This document shows, in pieces, positions 9,725-18,575 of a DNA stretch of 64,000 nucleotides (position 1 is the stretch's first letter; each line of letters begins with the position of its first letter). The stretch comes from Candidatus Parcubacteria bacterium (GTDB lineage Bacteria > Patescibacteriota > Saccharimonadia > UBA4664 > JBIOIQ01): NCBI GenBank assembly GCA_963718875.1, contig OY970378.1, positions 669,373 through 733,372 on the forward strand. The letters are read 5' to 3'. The translations under genes and the position numbers were made by a program. Below the pieces are notes generated by a model. That model did not search any database. It saw only the letters and a list, made by a program, of their open reading frames with translations, and was not told where the DNA came from.

Positions 9725-10108
9725 CTACCAGACCTTACAAATTAATTCACCGCCCAAGCCTTGCTTGCGAGCTTGACGCCCTGTCATAAGTCCGCGGGAT
9801 GTGGATACAATTACGATACCGCGGCCACCTAAGACGGTAGGGATGTCGCTGGCAGCTGTGTAGACTCTGCGGCCGGGCTTGGAAATACGGCTCAAATTGG
9901 TCAAGTTAGCCGACTGGGCTTCTAGATTGACTACGATTGATTTTAAACCCTCTGCGTCGACTTGAAAATCGGAAATAAATCCGTTGTTTTTTAAAATCGT
10001 AGCAATGGCTTCTTTAATCTTGGAGTAAGGCATGCGTGTAGATGACTGTCGTGCGCCAGCTGCGTTGCGGATACGGGTTAACATGTCTGCGATTGGATCG
10101 GTTGTCAT
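9725..10108 (-). CDS. rpsH: 30S ribosomal protein S8
   Basis: DPIADMLTRIRNA, SKPGRRVY, GGELIC. Confidence 0.98.
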   Translation of the reverse strand: MTTDPIADMLTRIRNAAGARQSSTRMPYSKIKEAIATILKNNGFISDFQVDAEGLKSIVVNLEAQSANLTNLSRISKPGRRVYTAASDIPTVLGGRGIVIVSTSRGLMTGRQARKQGLGGELICKVW

Positions 10109-10124
10109 ATAGCTTACTCCTTTC

Positions 10125-10310
10125 TTACCAACTGGACTTTACAACGCCGGGGATCTGGCCCCGACTGGCGTATTCACGGAAACAAATGCGACAGAGCGAA
10201 AACTTACGAATATACCCGCGTGGGCGACCACAGATTTTACAGCGGTTTATTTGGCGGGAAGAAAATTTAGGCTTGCGCTGCGCCTTAACAATCATAGCAA
10301 CACGTGCCAT
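10125..10310 (-). CDS. rpsZ: 30S ribosomal protein S14 type Z (zinc-binding)
   Basis: 61 aa, CKIC...CRIC. Confidence 0.97.
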   Translation of the reverse strand: MARVAMIVKAQRKPKFSSRQINRCKICGRPRGYIRKFSLCRICFREYASRGQIPGVVKSSW

Positions 10311-10855
10311 TACGAGTTCCTCCTAAAGGGAAATCCCATTAATTCTAATAACTTACGGCCTTCTTCAGCCGTCTTGGCGGTGGTAACAATGTTAACTTGG
10401 AGTCCATGACTTGCTCCGGCTTCTTCGTAGGGAATCTCGGGAAATATTGTTTGCTCAGGTATCCCTAGGCTATAGTTTCCTTGGACATCAAAAGCGTCTG
10501 CAGATATTCCTCTGAAGTCACGGATACGGGGAAGAGTTACAGAGATGAGACGGTCAAGGAATTCGTACATCCGTTCACCGCGAATCGTTACGGTAGTGCC
10601 AACTTTATTGCCTTCTCGAAGCTTAAAGCCGGCAATGCTTAGCTTAGCAGCTGTTTGGACGGGCTTCTGCCCAGTTACCTTGCTTAACGTGTGACTGGCA
10701 GCTTCCAGGTATTTTGCATCGACCGTAGCTTTACCGACACCAGCGTTAACCACAACCTTGTTGATTTGGGGAACTTGGTGAGGGTTTGTGTAACCAAATT
10801 CTTTCGTCAATAACACAGTAATTTCTTTTTGATAGCGGTCTTTTAATCTACTCAT
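10310..10855 (-). CDS. rplE: 50S ribosomal protein L5
   Basis: [20 protein letters not shown]. Confidence 0.98.
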   Translation of the reverse strand: MSRLKDRYQKEITVLLTKEFGYTNPHQVPQINKVVVNAGVGKATVDAKYLEAASHTLSKVTGQKPVQTAAKLSIAGFKLREGNKVGTTVTIRGERMYEFLDRLISVTLPRIRDFRGISADAFDVQGNYSLGIPEQTIFPEIPYEEAGASHGLQVNIVTTAKTAEEGRKLLELMGFPFRRNS

Positions 10856-10857
10856 AG

Positions 10858-11166
10858 TTATTTCACCACTGCCTGACATTTGCGGCAGATTCGTTCTTTG
10901 TTATCGCCATTAATTTGGTATCCCACACGAGTGGGCTTTTTGCAGGAAGGGCAAACAAGTGCGACCTTACTGGCGTTTATGGGTTTAGCTATTTCTAGTA
11001 TGCCTCCGCGAGGTACCTTATTTGAAGGCTTAGTATGTCGTTTTACTACGTTAAGGTTATTGGCAATAATTTTTCCAATTTGAGGCAAAACCCGTTCTAT
11101 CTCGCCAGTTTTTCCTTTGTCTTTACCGGCCAGGACTATAATAGTATCTTTGCGTCGCAATTTCAT
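10858..11166 (-). CDS. rplX: 50S ribosomal protein L24
   Basis: KOW motif LAGKDKGKTG; operon position. Confidence 0.97.
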   Translation of the reverse strand: MKLRRKDTIIVLAGKDKGKTGEIERVLPQIGKIIANNLNVVKRHTKPSNKVPRGGILEIAKPINASKVALVCPSCKKPTRVGYQINGDNKERICRKCQAVVK

Positions 11167-11534
11167 TACAATACCTCCGGAGCGAGTGAGACAATTTTCA
11201 TATAGCCAGCTTCGCGAAGTTCACGTCCGATTGGTCCAAAAATGCGAGTACCACGAGGTTGGCCGGACTTATCAATAAGGACCGCGGCGTTTTCGTCGAA
11301 CCTAATACTTGAGCCATCGGTGCGATGCGTTGTGTTGGCTGTACGGACTATAACTGCCCGGACAACTTCTTTTTTCTTAACGTTGGCGCCTGGGGTAGCG
11401 GCTTTAACACTAGCAACTATGATGTCACCAACACCAGCGTATCGGCGCCGTGATCCGCCGAGTACTTTAATACATAGTAGATCTTTGGCTCCACTGTTGT
11501 CAGCAACTTTTAATCTTGTTTCTGCTTGTACCAT
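11166..11534 (-). CDS. rplN: 50S ribosomal protein L14
   Basis: [22 protein letters not shown]. Confidence 0.98.
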   Translation of the reverse strand: MVQAETRLKVADNSGAKDLLCIKVLGGSRRRYAGVGDIIVASVKAATPGANVKKKEVVRAVIVRTANTTHRTDGSSIRFDENAAVLIDKSGQPRGTRIFGPIGRELREAGYMKIVSLAPEVL

Positions 11535-11538
11535 AATA

Positions 11539-11790
11539 TTATCCTTCAACCTCAGTTGCTGAGATGCGCCTTGTTACCTGCCATCGCTTGGTACGACTAA
11601 GCGGTCGCGATTCCGCAATTTCCACTAAATCTCCATTTTTATATTGGTTGGTTTCATCGTGGGCTTTAAATTTTTGGGTTACTTTATACTTTTTACGGTA
11701 GATAGGGTGTTCTTTGACGCTTGCAACAGCCACTACAACCGTTTTTTCCATGACGTCTGAAACAACAGTACCGTGTAATGTTCTACTCAT
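11539..11790 (-). CDS. rpsQ: 30S ribosomal protein S17
   Basis: [25 protein letters not shown]; start moved to ATG at 11790. Confidence 0.97.
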   Translation of the reverse strand: MSRTLHGTVVSDVMEKTVVVAVASVKEHPIYRKKYKVTQKFKAHDETNQYKNGDLVEIAESRPLSRTKRWQVTRRISATEVEG

Positions 11791-12019
11791 GTGATGCTCC
11801 TTCGTCTGATGCCGAACTTCCAAACTCTTCGGCCAACTCGCGTTGACGCTTGACCGTAAGGGCTTGGGCAATGGTTTTTTTAAGAGCGGCAGTTTGTTTA
11901 ACGTTGTTTACTTTCTTTGTTCGCATTTCGACGGCGTGCTCGGCTAAGGCTTTTTGCTGGTCTTGAATGAAAGCGGATAGCTCTTTGGAAGTTTTGTCGG
12001 TAATTATACTGAGTTTCAT
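11783..12019 (-). CDS. rpmC: 50S ribosomal protein L29
   Basis: Size, position between rplP and rps[10 protein letters not shown]. Confidence 0.9.
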   Translation of the reverse strand: MKLSIITDKTSKELSAFIQDQQKALAEHAVEMRTKKVNNVKQTAALKKTIAQALTVKRQRELAEEFGSSASDEGASHE

Positions 12020-12444
12020 TATTCAACCTCTCCAGCTATGTGGCGTACCACAAAGCGAGTTTTAACTGGCAGTTTTGCCGCAGCCAAGCGCATGGCTTCC
12101 TTGGCAACATCCTCGGTAATCCCGTCCATTTCAAATAAAATCATGCCGGGTCGAACTTTGGCCGCGTAGTGGTCAATCGAGCCCTTGCCACTACCCATTC
12201 TAACCTCAGCAGGTTTACGTGTAATAGGAGTGTCCGGAAAAATGCGAATCCAGATTTTGCCGCCGCGTTTAACATATCGAGTCATTGCGCGGCGAGCTGA
12301 TTCTATCTGACGAGAGCTAATGCGGTCTGTGTCTAGGGTTTTTAAACCATAGCGGCCAAAGCTGACTTCGATTCCACGAGTAGCTACGCCGGTAATCCGG
12401 CCCTTTTGTTGCTTGCGATATTTTGTCTTCTTGGGTAATAACAT
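12019..12444 (-). CDS. rplP: 50S ribosomal protein L16
   Basis: [18 protein letters not shown]. Confidence 0.98.
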   Translation of the reverse strand: MLLPKKTKYRKQQKGRITGVATRGIEVSFGRYGLKTLDTDRISSRQIESARRAMTRYVKRGGKIWIRIFPDTPITRKPAEVRMGSGKGSIDHYAAKVRPGMILFEMDGITEDVAKEAMRLAAAKLPVKTRFVVRHIAGEVE

Positions 12445-12453
12445 ATTTATCTC

Positions 12454-13080
12454 TTAAAACTTCTCGCCTTTATATACCCATACTTTCACACCAATTACTC
12501 CGTAAGTTGTGCGAGCAATGGTGGACGCAAAGTCAATGTCTGCTCGGATGGTATGGAGTGGGATGCTTCCCTGGGCGGTTGTTTCACGCCGAGCCATTTC
12601 CGCGCCGTTTAAACGACCAGCTACTGTTACTTTGGCACCTAGTGCACCAGCTTTCATGGCATTTTCAGCGGCCATCTTCATGGCTCTGCGGAATGAAATG
12701 CGGCGTTCGAGCTGGCTGGCAATATTTTCAGCTACAAGTGCGGCATTAGTTTCGGGTTTTTTTACTTCCTCAATACTAATTTTGACAGGTCCGCCAACTT
12801 GCTTGGACAAAATATTTTTAAGTTCTTCTGAGCTGCTGCCGCCTCGACCAATTACTACTCCTGGTTTAGATGTGTGGATTGTGACCGCTAGCAGGTTGGG
12901 TGAGCGCTCTATAATTACTTTAGCTAGTCCTGCTCTTTTTCCAAGTTTTTTTTCTACACCTCGACGTATCTTAAGGTCGCTAATGAGCTGAGCGGCATAG
13001 TCTTTGGTGGCGAACCAGCGTGATTGCCAGTCTTTGTCTACTTGTAGACGCAGGCTGCGGGGGTTAACTTTTTGGCCCAT
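12454..13080 (-). CDS. rpsC: 30S ribosomal protein S3
   Basis: MGQKVNP, PGVVIGRGG, GRLNGAEMAR. Confidence 0.98.
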   Translation of the reverse strand: MGQKVNPRSLRLQVDKDWQSRWFATKDYAAQLISDLKIRRGVEKKLGKRAGLAKVIIERSPNLLAVTIHTSKPGVVIGRGGSSSEELKNILSKQVGGPVKISIEEVKKPETNAALVAENIASQLERRISFRRAMKMAAENAMKAGALGAKVTVAGRLNGAEMARRETTAQGSIPLHTIRADIDFASTIARTTYGVIGVKVWVYKGEKF

Positions 13081-13529
13081 TATGTGGTCTCCTCGGCGGT
13101 TTTACTTGCTGCAGATGGTTTAACAGGTAGCTTGGGACTAGCGTCAGTAGACTTAGCTAAACCCTTGGACAGACTCATAGGTTTGGTTGTAGCTACTTTA
13201 TTATCGGAGAGAACAACTGTTATGTGACTTGAGCGCTTGCGAATACTAGCTGCGGCGCCTTTAGCACGAGCACGAAAGCGCTTTAAGGTTGGAGCTGGTC
13301 CTACTAAAACTGACTCAACAATTAAATCGCCTTTTTTAGCGTTGTCGTTGTTTTGAGCGTTCGCAAGGGCTGAGGCTAACACTTTTCCGACGGGCTCAGT
13401 TGCGCGCTTGCCGGTATGCTCCAGGATGCTTTGAGCTGAAATAACACTTTTGCCACGAATAAGGGCAGCCACGAGGCTGATTTTGCGGCTGGAGGTGCCA
13501 ATATATTTTGCTGTTGCTGTGGCTTTCAC
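13080..13529 (-). CDS. rplV: 50S ribosomal protein L22 with C-terminal extension
   Basis: [16 protein letters not shown] followed by an ~40-aa tail. Confidence 0.97.
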   Translation of the reverse strand: MKATATAKYIGTSSRKISLVAALIRGKSVISAQSILEHTGKRATEPVGKVLASALANAQNNDNAKKGDLIVESVLVGPAPTLKRFRARAKGAAASIRKRSSHITVVLSDNKVATTKPMSLSKGLAKSTDASPKLPVKPSAASKTAEETT

Positions 13530-13804
13530 TTACTTTGCTCCTTAGCAAGTTTACCGCCGTGGCCGCGGAATTTGCGCGTGGGCGAGAATTCACCCAGTTT
13601 GTGGCCAACCATATTTTCTGTTACAAAAACTGGTACATGTAGCTTTCCATTGTGGACGCCAAAGGTACGGCCAACAAATTCAGGAGGAACGGTACAATTA
13701 CGCGACCATGTTTTTAATACCGTCTTATCGTTTGCCCCTAAAGAGGCGACGCGACGCATAAGACGCTCATCGACGTAAGGACCTTTTTTTAGTGATCGAC
13801 TCAT
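13526..13804 (-). CDS. rpsS: 30S ribosomal protein S19
   Basis: [22 protein letters not shown]. Confidence 0.98.
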   Translation of the reverse strand: MSRSLKKGPYVDERLMRRVASLGANDKTVLKTWSRNCTVPPEFVGRTFGVHNGKLHVPVFVTENMVGHKLGEFSPTRKFRGHGGKLAKEQSK

Positions 13805-14638
13805 TTAGCGTCTCCTTCCGGCTTTACGACCGCGGATAATCATAGCATTAGTACCCTTGCGATTACGAGTTTTATACCCTAATGCAGGCTTACCCCATGG
13901 TGTCTTGGGATTCATTCCTAGTGACGTATGGCCCTCACCTCCACCATGGGGGTGATCCACAGGATTCATGCTTTTACCAAGTACGCTTGGGCGCCAGCCC
14001 ATACGACGGCGACGTCCGGCGCTGCCGTACTTAATGTTTTGGTGGGCTTCGTTGCCAACACTACCGATGGTTGCGGAGCAATCTTGGTGAACCAGTCGAA
14101 CTTCGCCGCTAGGAAGTTTTATTTGGCAAAAAGGAACATCTTTGGCAACCAGCTGGGCTTTGGAGCCGGCACTACGGGCAATTTGGCCGCCCTTACCTAA
14201 TACCAGCTCAATGTTGTATATCTGGGTGCCAGCAGGGATGTTTTTTAGCGGCAATCTATTGCCTTTTTTTATCTCAGCTTCGGAACCTGTGGCAATATTA
14301 TCCCCTACCTTCATTCCGCTACCTGCTAAAACATAAGCCAGCTTACCGTTTTCTAACTTAACTAGGGCAATGTTGGCTGAGCGGTTTGGGTCGTACTCAA
14401 TGGCTGTTACAGTAGCCTTCAGGTTGGCTGCTAAGTTAAAGCTAACCAAGCGGTAAAAGCGTTTAACGCCGCCGCCGCGATGTCGAACGGTAATTTTTCC
14501 TTGGTTGTTACGGCCGGCGTTTGACTTAGTATGAACGAGCAATGACTTTTCTGGTTTCTTTTTGGTGATTGCCGAAGAATCAGCAGTAGTCATGCCTCGT
14601 CTAGCTGGTGTGGTTGGCTTATAGAGCTTAATAGCCAT
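13805..14638 (-). CDS. rplB: 50S ribosomal protein L2
   Basis: GRNNQGKITVRHRGGG, EYDPNRSA, MNPVDHPHGGGEG. Confidence 0.99.
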   Translation of the reverse strand: MAIKLYKPTTPARRGMTTADSSAITKKKPEKSLLVHTKSNAGRNNQGKITVRHRGGGVKRFYRLVSFNLAANLKATVTAIEYDPNRSANIALVKLENGKLAYVLAGSGMKVGDNIATGSEAEIKKGNRLPLKNIPAGTQIYNIELVLGKGGQIARSAGSKAQLVAKDVPFCQIKLPSGEVRLVHQDCSATIGSVGNEAHQNIKYGSAGRRRRMGWRPSVLGKSMNPVDHPHGGGEGHTSLGMNPKTPWGKPALGYKTRNRKGTNAMIIRGRKAGRRR

Positions 14639-14919
14639 TATTTTGCTCCCTCAAACAATGCGATCGATTGACCTTTTTGCAGTGTTACCATGGCTTTCTT
14701 GGTGTCGCGCTCTTGGCCCAAAGTTTTCTTGAAACGCTTGATTTTACCCTTGGTGATAAGCATATTTACGCCTTTGACTTTAACCTTGAATGCTTTTTCG
14801 ACAGCTTTAGAAACTTCAATTTTGTTGGTAGATGCAGGCACTTCAAAGATATAAACGTTTTTTTCAGCTAAGGCAATGGCCTTTTCGCTGATGCGAGGAG
14901 TGAGAATGAGGCTACTCAT
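14638..14919 (-). CDS. rplW: 50S ribosomal protein L23
   Basis: ISEKA, NKIEV, KKAMVTL. Confidence 0.97.
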   Translation of the reverse strand: MSSLILTPRISEKAIALAEKNVYIFEVPASTNKIEVSKAVEKAFKVKVKGVNMLITKGKIKRFKKTLGQERDTKKAMVTLQKGQSIALFEGAK

Positions 14920-15607
14920 TGTCAGCCTCCTTTACGGTTTTTTCTTTGGTCAACGGTTTTGTTTCGACCGAAGCTTTTTTGTCACCTAACCAGCCTTCAA
15001 TAATTGGCAAGGACTTTTCAGTGATTATAATAAGATCGGCATTTAAGATATCAAAAACGTTCAGATACTTAGAAGAAACGACTCTGAGGTTGCCGATATT
15101 CTGGGTCGCTCGAGTTACAAGTGCGTCTTTAAGGTCAACGACTAAGAGAATGTTGCCTTTAGCCTCTAAATTGGTAAGTAGTCCTAGGGTGGGCTTTACT
15201 TTGCCCTCTGGGCACTCAAACGTTTCGAGGAAAATAATCTTATTGTCAGTTGCTTGGGCACTTAGGGCGTGTCGAATGGCTAGGCGGCGGACCTTAACAG
15301 GCAAATTGATACTGTAATTTTCATTTCCTGATGGACCAAAAATTACGCCACCACCGCGCCAGTTGGGGACACGGCTTGATCCTACGCGGGCTCGTCCGGT
15401 GCCTTTTTGACGCCAGGGTTTTTTGCCTCCTCCTCGGACTTCGCCTCTTTTTAGAGTGGTAGCGGAGACGGATCGTCCATTTGCTAGATAAGCGCGGTAG
15501 GCTAAATCAAGTACTTCGTGGTTTGGTTCAAGACCAAAAACAGCTTTATCAAGCTTCAAACTTGTTTCTTTTTTGGTTCCGGTTTTGGTGAATGCTGTTA
15601 TAGCCAT
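14912..15607 (-). CDS. rplD: 50S ribosomal protein L4
   Basis: RGEVRGGGKKPWRQKGTGRAR. Confidence 0.98.
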   Translation of the reverse strand: MAITAFTKTGTKKETSLKLDKAVFGLEPNHEVLDLAYRAYLANGRSVSATTLKRGEVRGGGKKPWRQKGTGRARVGSSRVPNWRGGGVIFGPSGNENYSINLPVKVRRLAIRHALSAQATDNKIIFLETFECPEGKVKPTLGLLTNLEAKGNILLVVDLKDALVTRATQNIGNLRVVSSKYLNVFDILNADLIIITEKSLPIIEGWLGDKKASVETKPLTKEKTVKEADNE

Positions 15608-16251
15608 TATAAGCCTTTCACCAATACTATTCCCTTGCGTGGTCCGGGAACTTGGCCGTAAACACCTAGTACTTTGTGTTCGGCGTCGACAATCATAATT
15701 TTTACACCGCGAACGGTGTTGCGTTTATTGCCCATTTGTCCGGCCATGCGCATGCCTTTAAATACATGTTCTGGATAGCCCGCCCCGATAGAGCCGGGCG
15801 CACGATAGTTGTGCGAGCCGTGAGTTTTGGGACCGGTAGCAAAATTATGTCGCTTAACGGTGCCGGCAAAACCTTTGCCCTTGCTTGTGCCGGTGATTTG
15901 AACCTTGTCGCCAACCTCAAATGTTGTTACATCTAGCTTAGAGCCAACCTTCAGGTCATCGGTGCCTTCTTCGGAGCTTGCGTCGGGCTTATTGGTGTTG
16001 TTAAGGTCTGTGCGGATTTCACGCAAGATTTTGGAGTTGGTATTGGCTGCCTTGAGGTGTCCCATCTGAGGGCGGGCTTGGTGCTTAGCCTCGCCATAGC
16101 CAATTTGCACTGCGTCATAACCGTCTTTGACTTCGGTTTTTATTTGTGTGACCACACAAGGCCCAGCTTCAATAAGGGTAATGCGAGCAACATTGCCTTC
16201 TTCATCGAAGATCTGAGTCATGCCGAGTTTTCGTCCGATCAATGCTTTCAT
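15607..16251 (-). CDS. rplC: 50S ribosomal protein L3
   Basis: GRKLGMTQ, SKGKGFAG, HGS..RAPGSIG; ATG at 16251. Confidence 0.98.
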   Translation of the reverse strand: MKALIGRKLGMTQIFDEEGNVARITLIEAGPCVVTQIKTEVKDGYDAVQIGYGEAKHQARPQMGHLKAANTNSKILREIRTDLNNTNKPDASSEEGTDDLKVGSKLDVTTFEVGDKVQITGTSKGKGFAGTVKRHNFATGPKTHGSHNYRAPGSIGAGYPEHVFKGMRMAGQMGNKRNTVRGVKIMIVDAEHKVLGVYGQVPGPRKGIVLVKGL

Positions 16252-16358
16252 AAGGCCCTTTAACAAAAAATAATCCTAGCAAGCAGCTGGTTTCCCTTAT
16301 CGGGACCTGTCTACTTCCCAGTCGTTTATCTTAGATATTTTACGTGGCTACTCAAGGA

Positions 16359-16387
16359 AGAGTATCAAAGATTGGCTTGAGTGTCAA
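16359..16387 (-). promoter_or_regulatory. Promoter for the rplC-led operon, followed by an ~100-nt structured leader
   Basis: TTGACA-17nt-TACTCT; the leader has AAGTAG/CTGCTT and TCCC/GGGA stems. Confidence 0.6.
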
Positions 16388-16401
16388 TCAGCTTGTAATA
16401 A

Positions 16402-17280
16402 GGTTCATTACACTAAAGCGGAACAAGCTACAATCTAACTAGGACTAACCAGTTAGAAAAGGAGACTTGTTCCAATGACCACATTAGCAGATCTACCGGT
16501 AACAGACCAAGAATGTTTTAACCAAGTGCTAGTACATCTTTATCCCGAGGGCCCTATTTGCCCTTGGATGTCCCACTCAAACATCCACATAACTACTCAG
16601 TATCTTTGGTGCGGCACCTGTCGTCGTAAATGGAGCTTAAAGAAACAAGTCGGCTTTGGGTCGTCTAAGCTCGGCTGGAGGAGGATTCTGGAACTGGTGA
16701 CTTGCTGGAGCGGTAAGCAGTCACCTGGCGACATTATCACCTCAACGGGGCTGTCCTACTGGACGATCCAACGCTGGTTAGAACGCTTGCGATCTAGACT
16801 ACCAGTCGACAAGAGCCAGTTAGTCGGGCTACTGGAGATAGACCAGAGCTATCTAGGTCGGCAGAAATATGGTAACCAACACATTGTTATGGGTATCGTG
16901 GACCGGGAAACCAACCTCGTAAGACTAGCTGAGATACTAGATTGTGAGCAGGATAGCATAGAAGGTTTTCTCGATCAGTATGCCACTCTCGGTAGCCTGA
17001 TCTTTGCTGATGCTCACGCCTCTCACCTTGGCCTAATGGAAGTTGGCTATGGTCTGGAGATCTGCAACCATTCCATTGGCCACTTTGGACCAACCAACCG
17101 CATTGAAGGGATCTGGAGCTGCCTGGATCGGTTTACCAGACGTACCCGCGACCGCTTCATGCATCAGTTCTTACCGGGATTACTCAGAGAGTTCCAGGCT
17201 AGAAAGAACCACCCAGAGTTGTTCAGTAGCCCATTTATATTACTTAAAAGTATGTCTGTTCCGTTTTAGTGGACAGAACC
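16402..17280 (+). mobile_element. IS1595-family insertion sequence (879 bp)
   Basis: Imperfect terminal IRs GGTTCATTACACTAAAGCGGAACA / TGTTCCGTTTTAGTGGACAGAACC; flanking direct repeat TTGTAATAA at 16393-16401 and 17281-17289. Confidence 0.9.
16475..17269 (+). CDS. IS1595-family transposase
   Basis: N-terminal Zn-ribbon (CP..C..C), HTH, EIDQSY, FAD, NHS, TNRIEGIWS. Confidence 0.9.
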   Translation: MTTLADLPVTDQECFNQVLVHLYPEGPICPWMSHSNIHITTQYLWCGTCRRKWSLKKQVGFGSSKLGWRRILELVTCWSGKQSPGDIITSTGLSYWTIQRWLERLRSRLPVDKSQLVGLLEIDQSYLGRQKYGNQHIVMGIVDRETNLVRLAEILDCEQDSIEGFLDQYATLGSLIFADAHASHLGLMEVGYGLEICNHSIGHFGPTNRIEGIWSCLDRFTRRTRDRFMHQFLPGLLREFQARKNHPELFSSPFILLKSMSVPF

Positions 17281-17451
17281 TTGTAATAATGAATATTTGC
17301 GAATCAGGGATAAAAGGTGGTTTGCGGCTCAGCGGATCTATTAACCAATTTTCGAATGAGTTGAAGGTTGTAAGGCAATAAATGAAGAAAATGTTGTTGA
17401 CTTTGTGTCAATTATAATGTATATTAGCTAATTAATTTTAGTGAGCGAGAA

Positions 17452-17721
17452 ATGCGCAATGTTTACCATAATTCCCATATATATTTTGCCACCTGTGTAG
17501 GGCTGTATTTAACCAACTATGCTATTTATATTTACTTACCTAGCGAGCTAACTCAACTTCGGACAATAATGTCTACAGTCATGCTCGTACTTCTACTGCT
17601 GTCGATGGTAGCTGCCCTAGGTTTTATTTTTAAGCCTGCTGGTAAACTGCAAACTACGACCGAAAAAGGTTCGTTAACTCGTGGCAAAGTTAAAGAAAAC
17701 ACCAAGACCCGCAAACGCTAA
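17452..17721 (+). CDS. Small hypothetical membrane protein
   Basis: Two hydrophobic segments; TTGACT-17-TATATT upstream; 3' end overlaps the convergent ORF. Confidence 0.45.
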   Translation: MRNVYHNSHIYFATCVGLYLTNYAIYIYLPSELTQLRTIMSTVMLVLLLLSMVAALGFIFKPAGKLQTTTEKGSLTRGKVKENTKTRKR

Positions 17722-17928
17722 TAGTGCTGCAATAAGCAGTATGGCGTATTCGATTTTGCGATCAATCTGAAAATGGTCATGACTGCTAAAAATTAGGCCT
17801 AAGATGAGCCCTATGGGCAAAACTACTCGGCCATTAACCTTGATCCAAATGCTACCAAGGATGAAATACATTAATATTTTTAAGAAATAAACACTGCCGG
17901 ACTCTTGAGCTTGTTTTTTGTGTGCCAT
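17674..17928 (-). CDS. Hypothetical membrane protein
   Basis: Three hydrophobic segments with HDHFQIDRKIEYA; likely start at ATG 17928. Confidence 0.65.
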   Translation of the reverse strand: MAHKKQAQESGSVYFLKILMYFILGSIWIKVNGRVVLPIGLILGLIFSSHDHFQIDRKIEYAILLIAALLAFAGLGVFFNFATS

Positions 17929-18035
17929 GGCATAATTTAAGCATAATCGCTTTAACGGTGCAAGCTCTTTGGGAATTTGCGAATTATGAACCCGAGAATC
18001 AGGAATTGTGGGCTGCAGTCGTCTCTTCATTTATT

Positions 18036-18083
18036 GCCTGAGCTAGTCGAAGGCTCAAGTGCGCAATTGCCCTTTGACAGACT
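18036..18083. repeat. REP-like inverted doublet
   Basis: GCCTGAGCTAGTCGAAGGC ... GCCCTTTGACAGACT, intergenic, inverted arrangement. Confidence 0.5.
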
Positions 18084-18107
18084 AAGATGATGTAACGAGG
18101 CACAGCT

Positions 18108-18575
18108 TTAGATTATGCCCGCGTTTCTTGCGGCCTCAAGGTCGCGCATGGTTTGCGAATGGAGGGGCGAGGGCAGGCTTTCAAGGGTAAACCAGCCTAT
18201 ATCCTCAATTTTATGGGGATAGCCATTTTTAACTCGGGTTGGATCAACCTTGACGGCGTAAGAAAAAGCAATCCAATGAGTAGGCTTGTTGTTTAAAGTC
18301 CTGGTTACTTCGTACCAATCCAGAAATGTCATGTCTTGGCTTTCTGCAGACAGCTCTTCCTTGACCTCTCGTCTGATAGCATCGGGTATGCTTTCGTTAA
18401 ACTCAACTACTCCACCACCATTATCCCACACTCCCTGCTCGTCCCGACAGTTTTGACTACGCTTATGAAGCACGAATTTTCCTTTGCCGTCATGGACAAC
18501 AAAACAAGCAGCAACACCAACATAATCTACGCCCGGTCTTAGATCCTGGCGCTTATACTCTTTAGAATCAGTCAT
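18108..18575 (-). CDS. NUDIX hydrolase
   Basis: Nudix box GGVVEFNESIPDAIRREVKEEL. Confidence 0.9.
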   Translation of the reverse strand: MTDSKEYKRQDLRPGVDYVGVAACFVVHDGKGKFVLHKRSQNCRDEQGVWDNGGGVVEFNESIPDAIRREVKEELSAESQDMTFLDWYEVTRTLNNKPTHWIAFSYAVKVDPTRVKNGYPHKIEDIGWFTLESLPSPLHSQTMRDLEAARNAGII

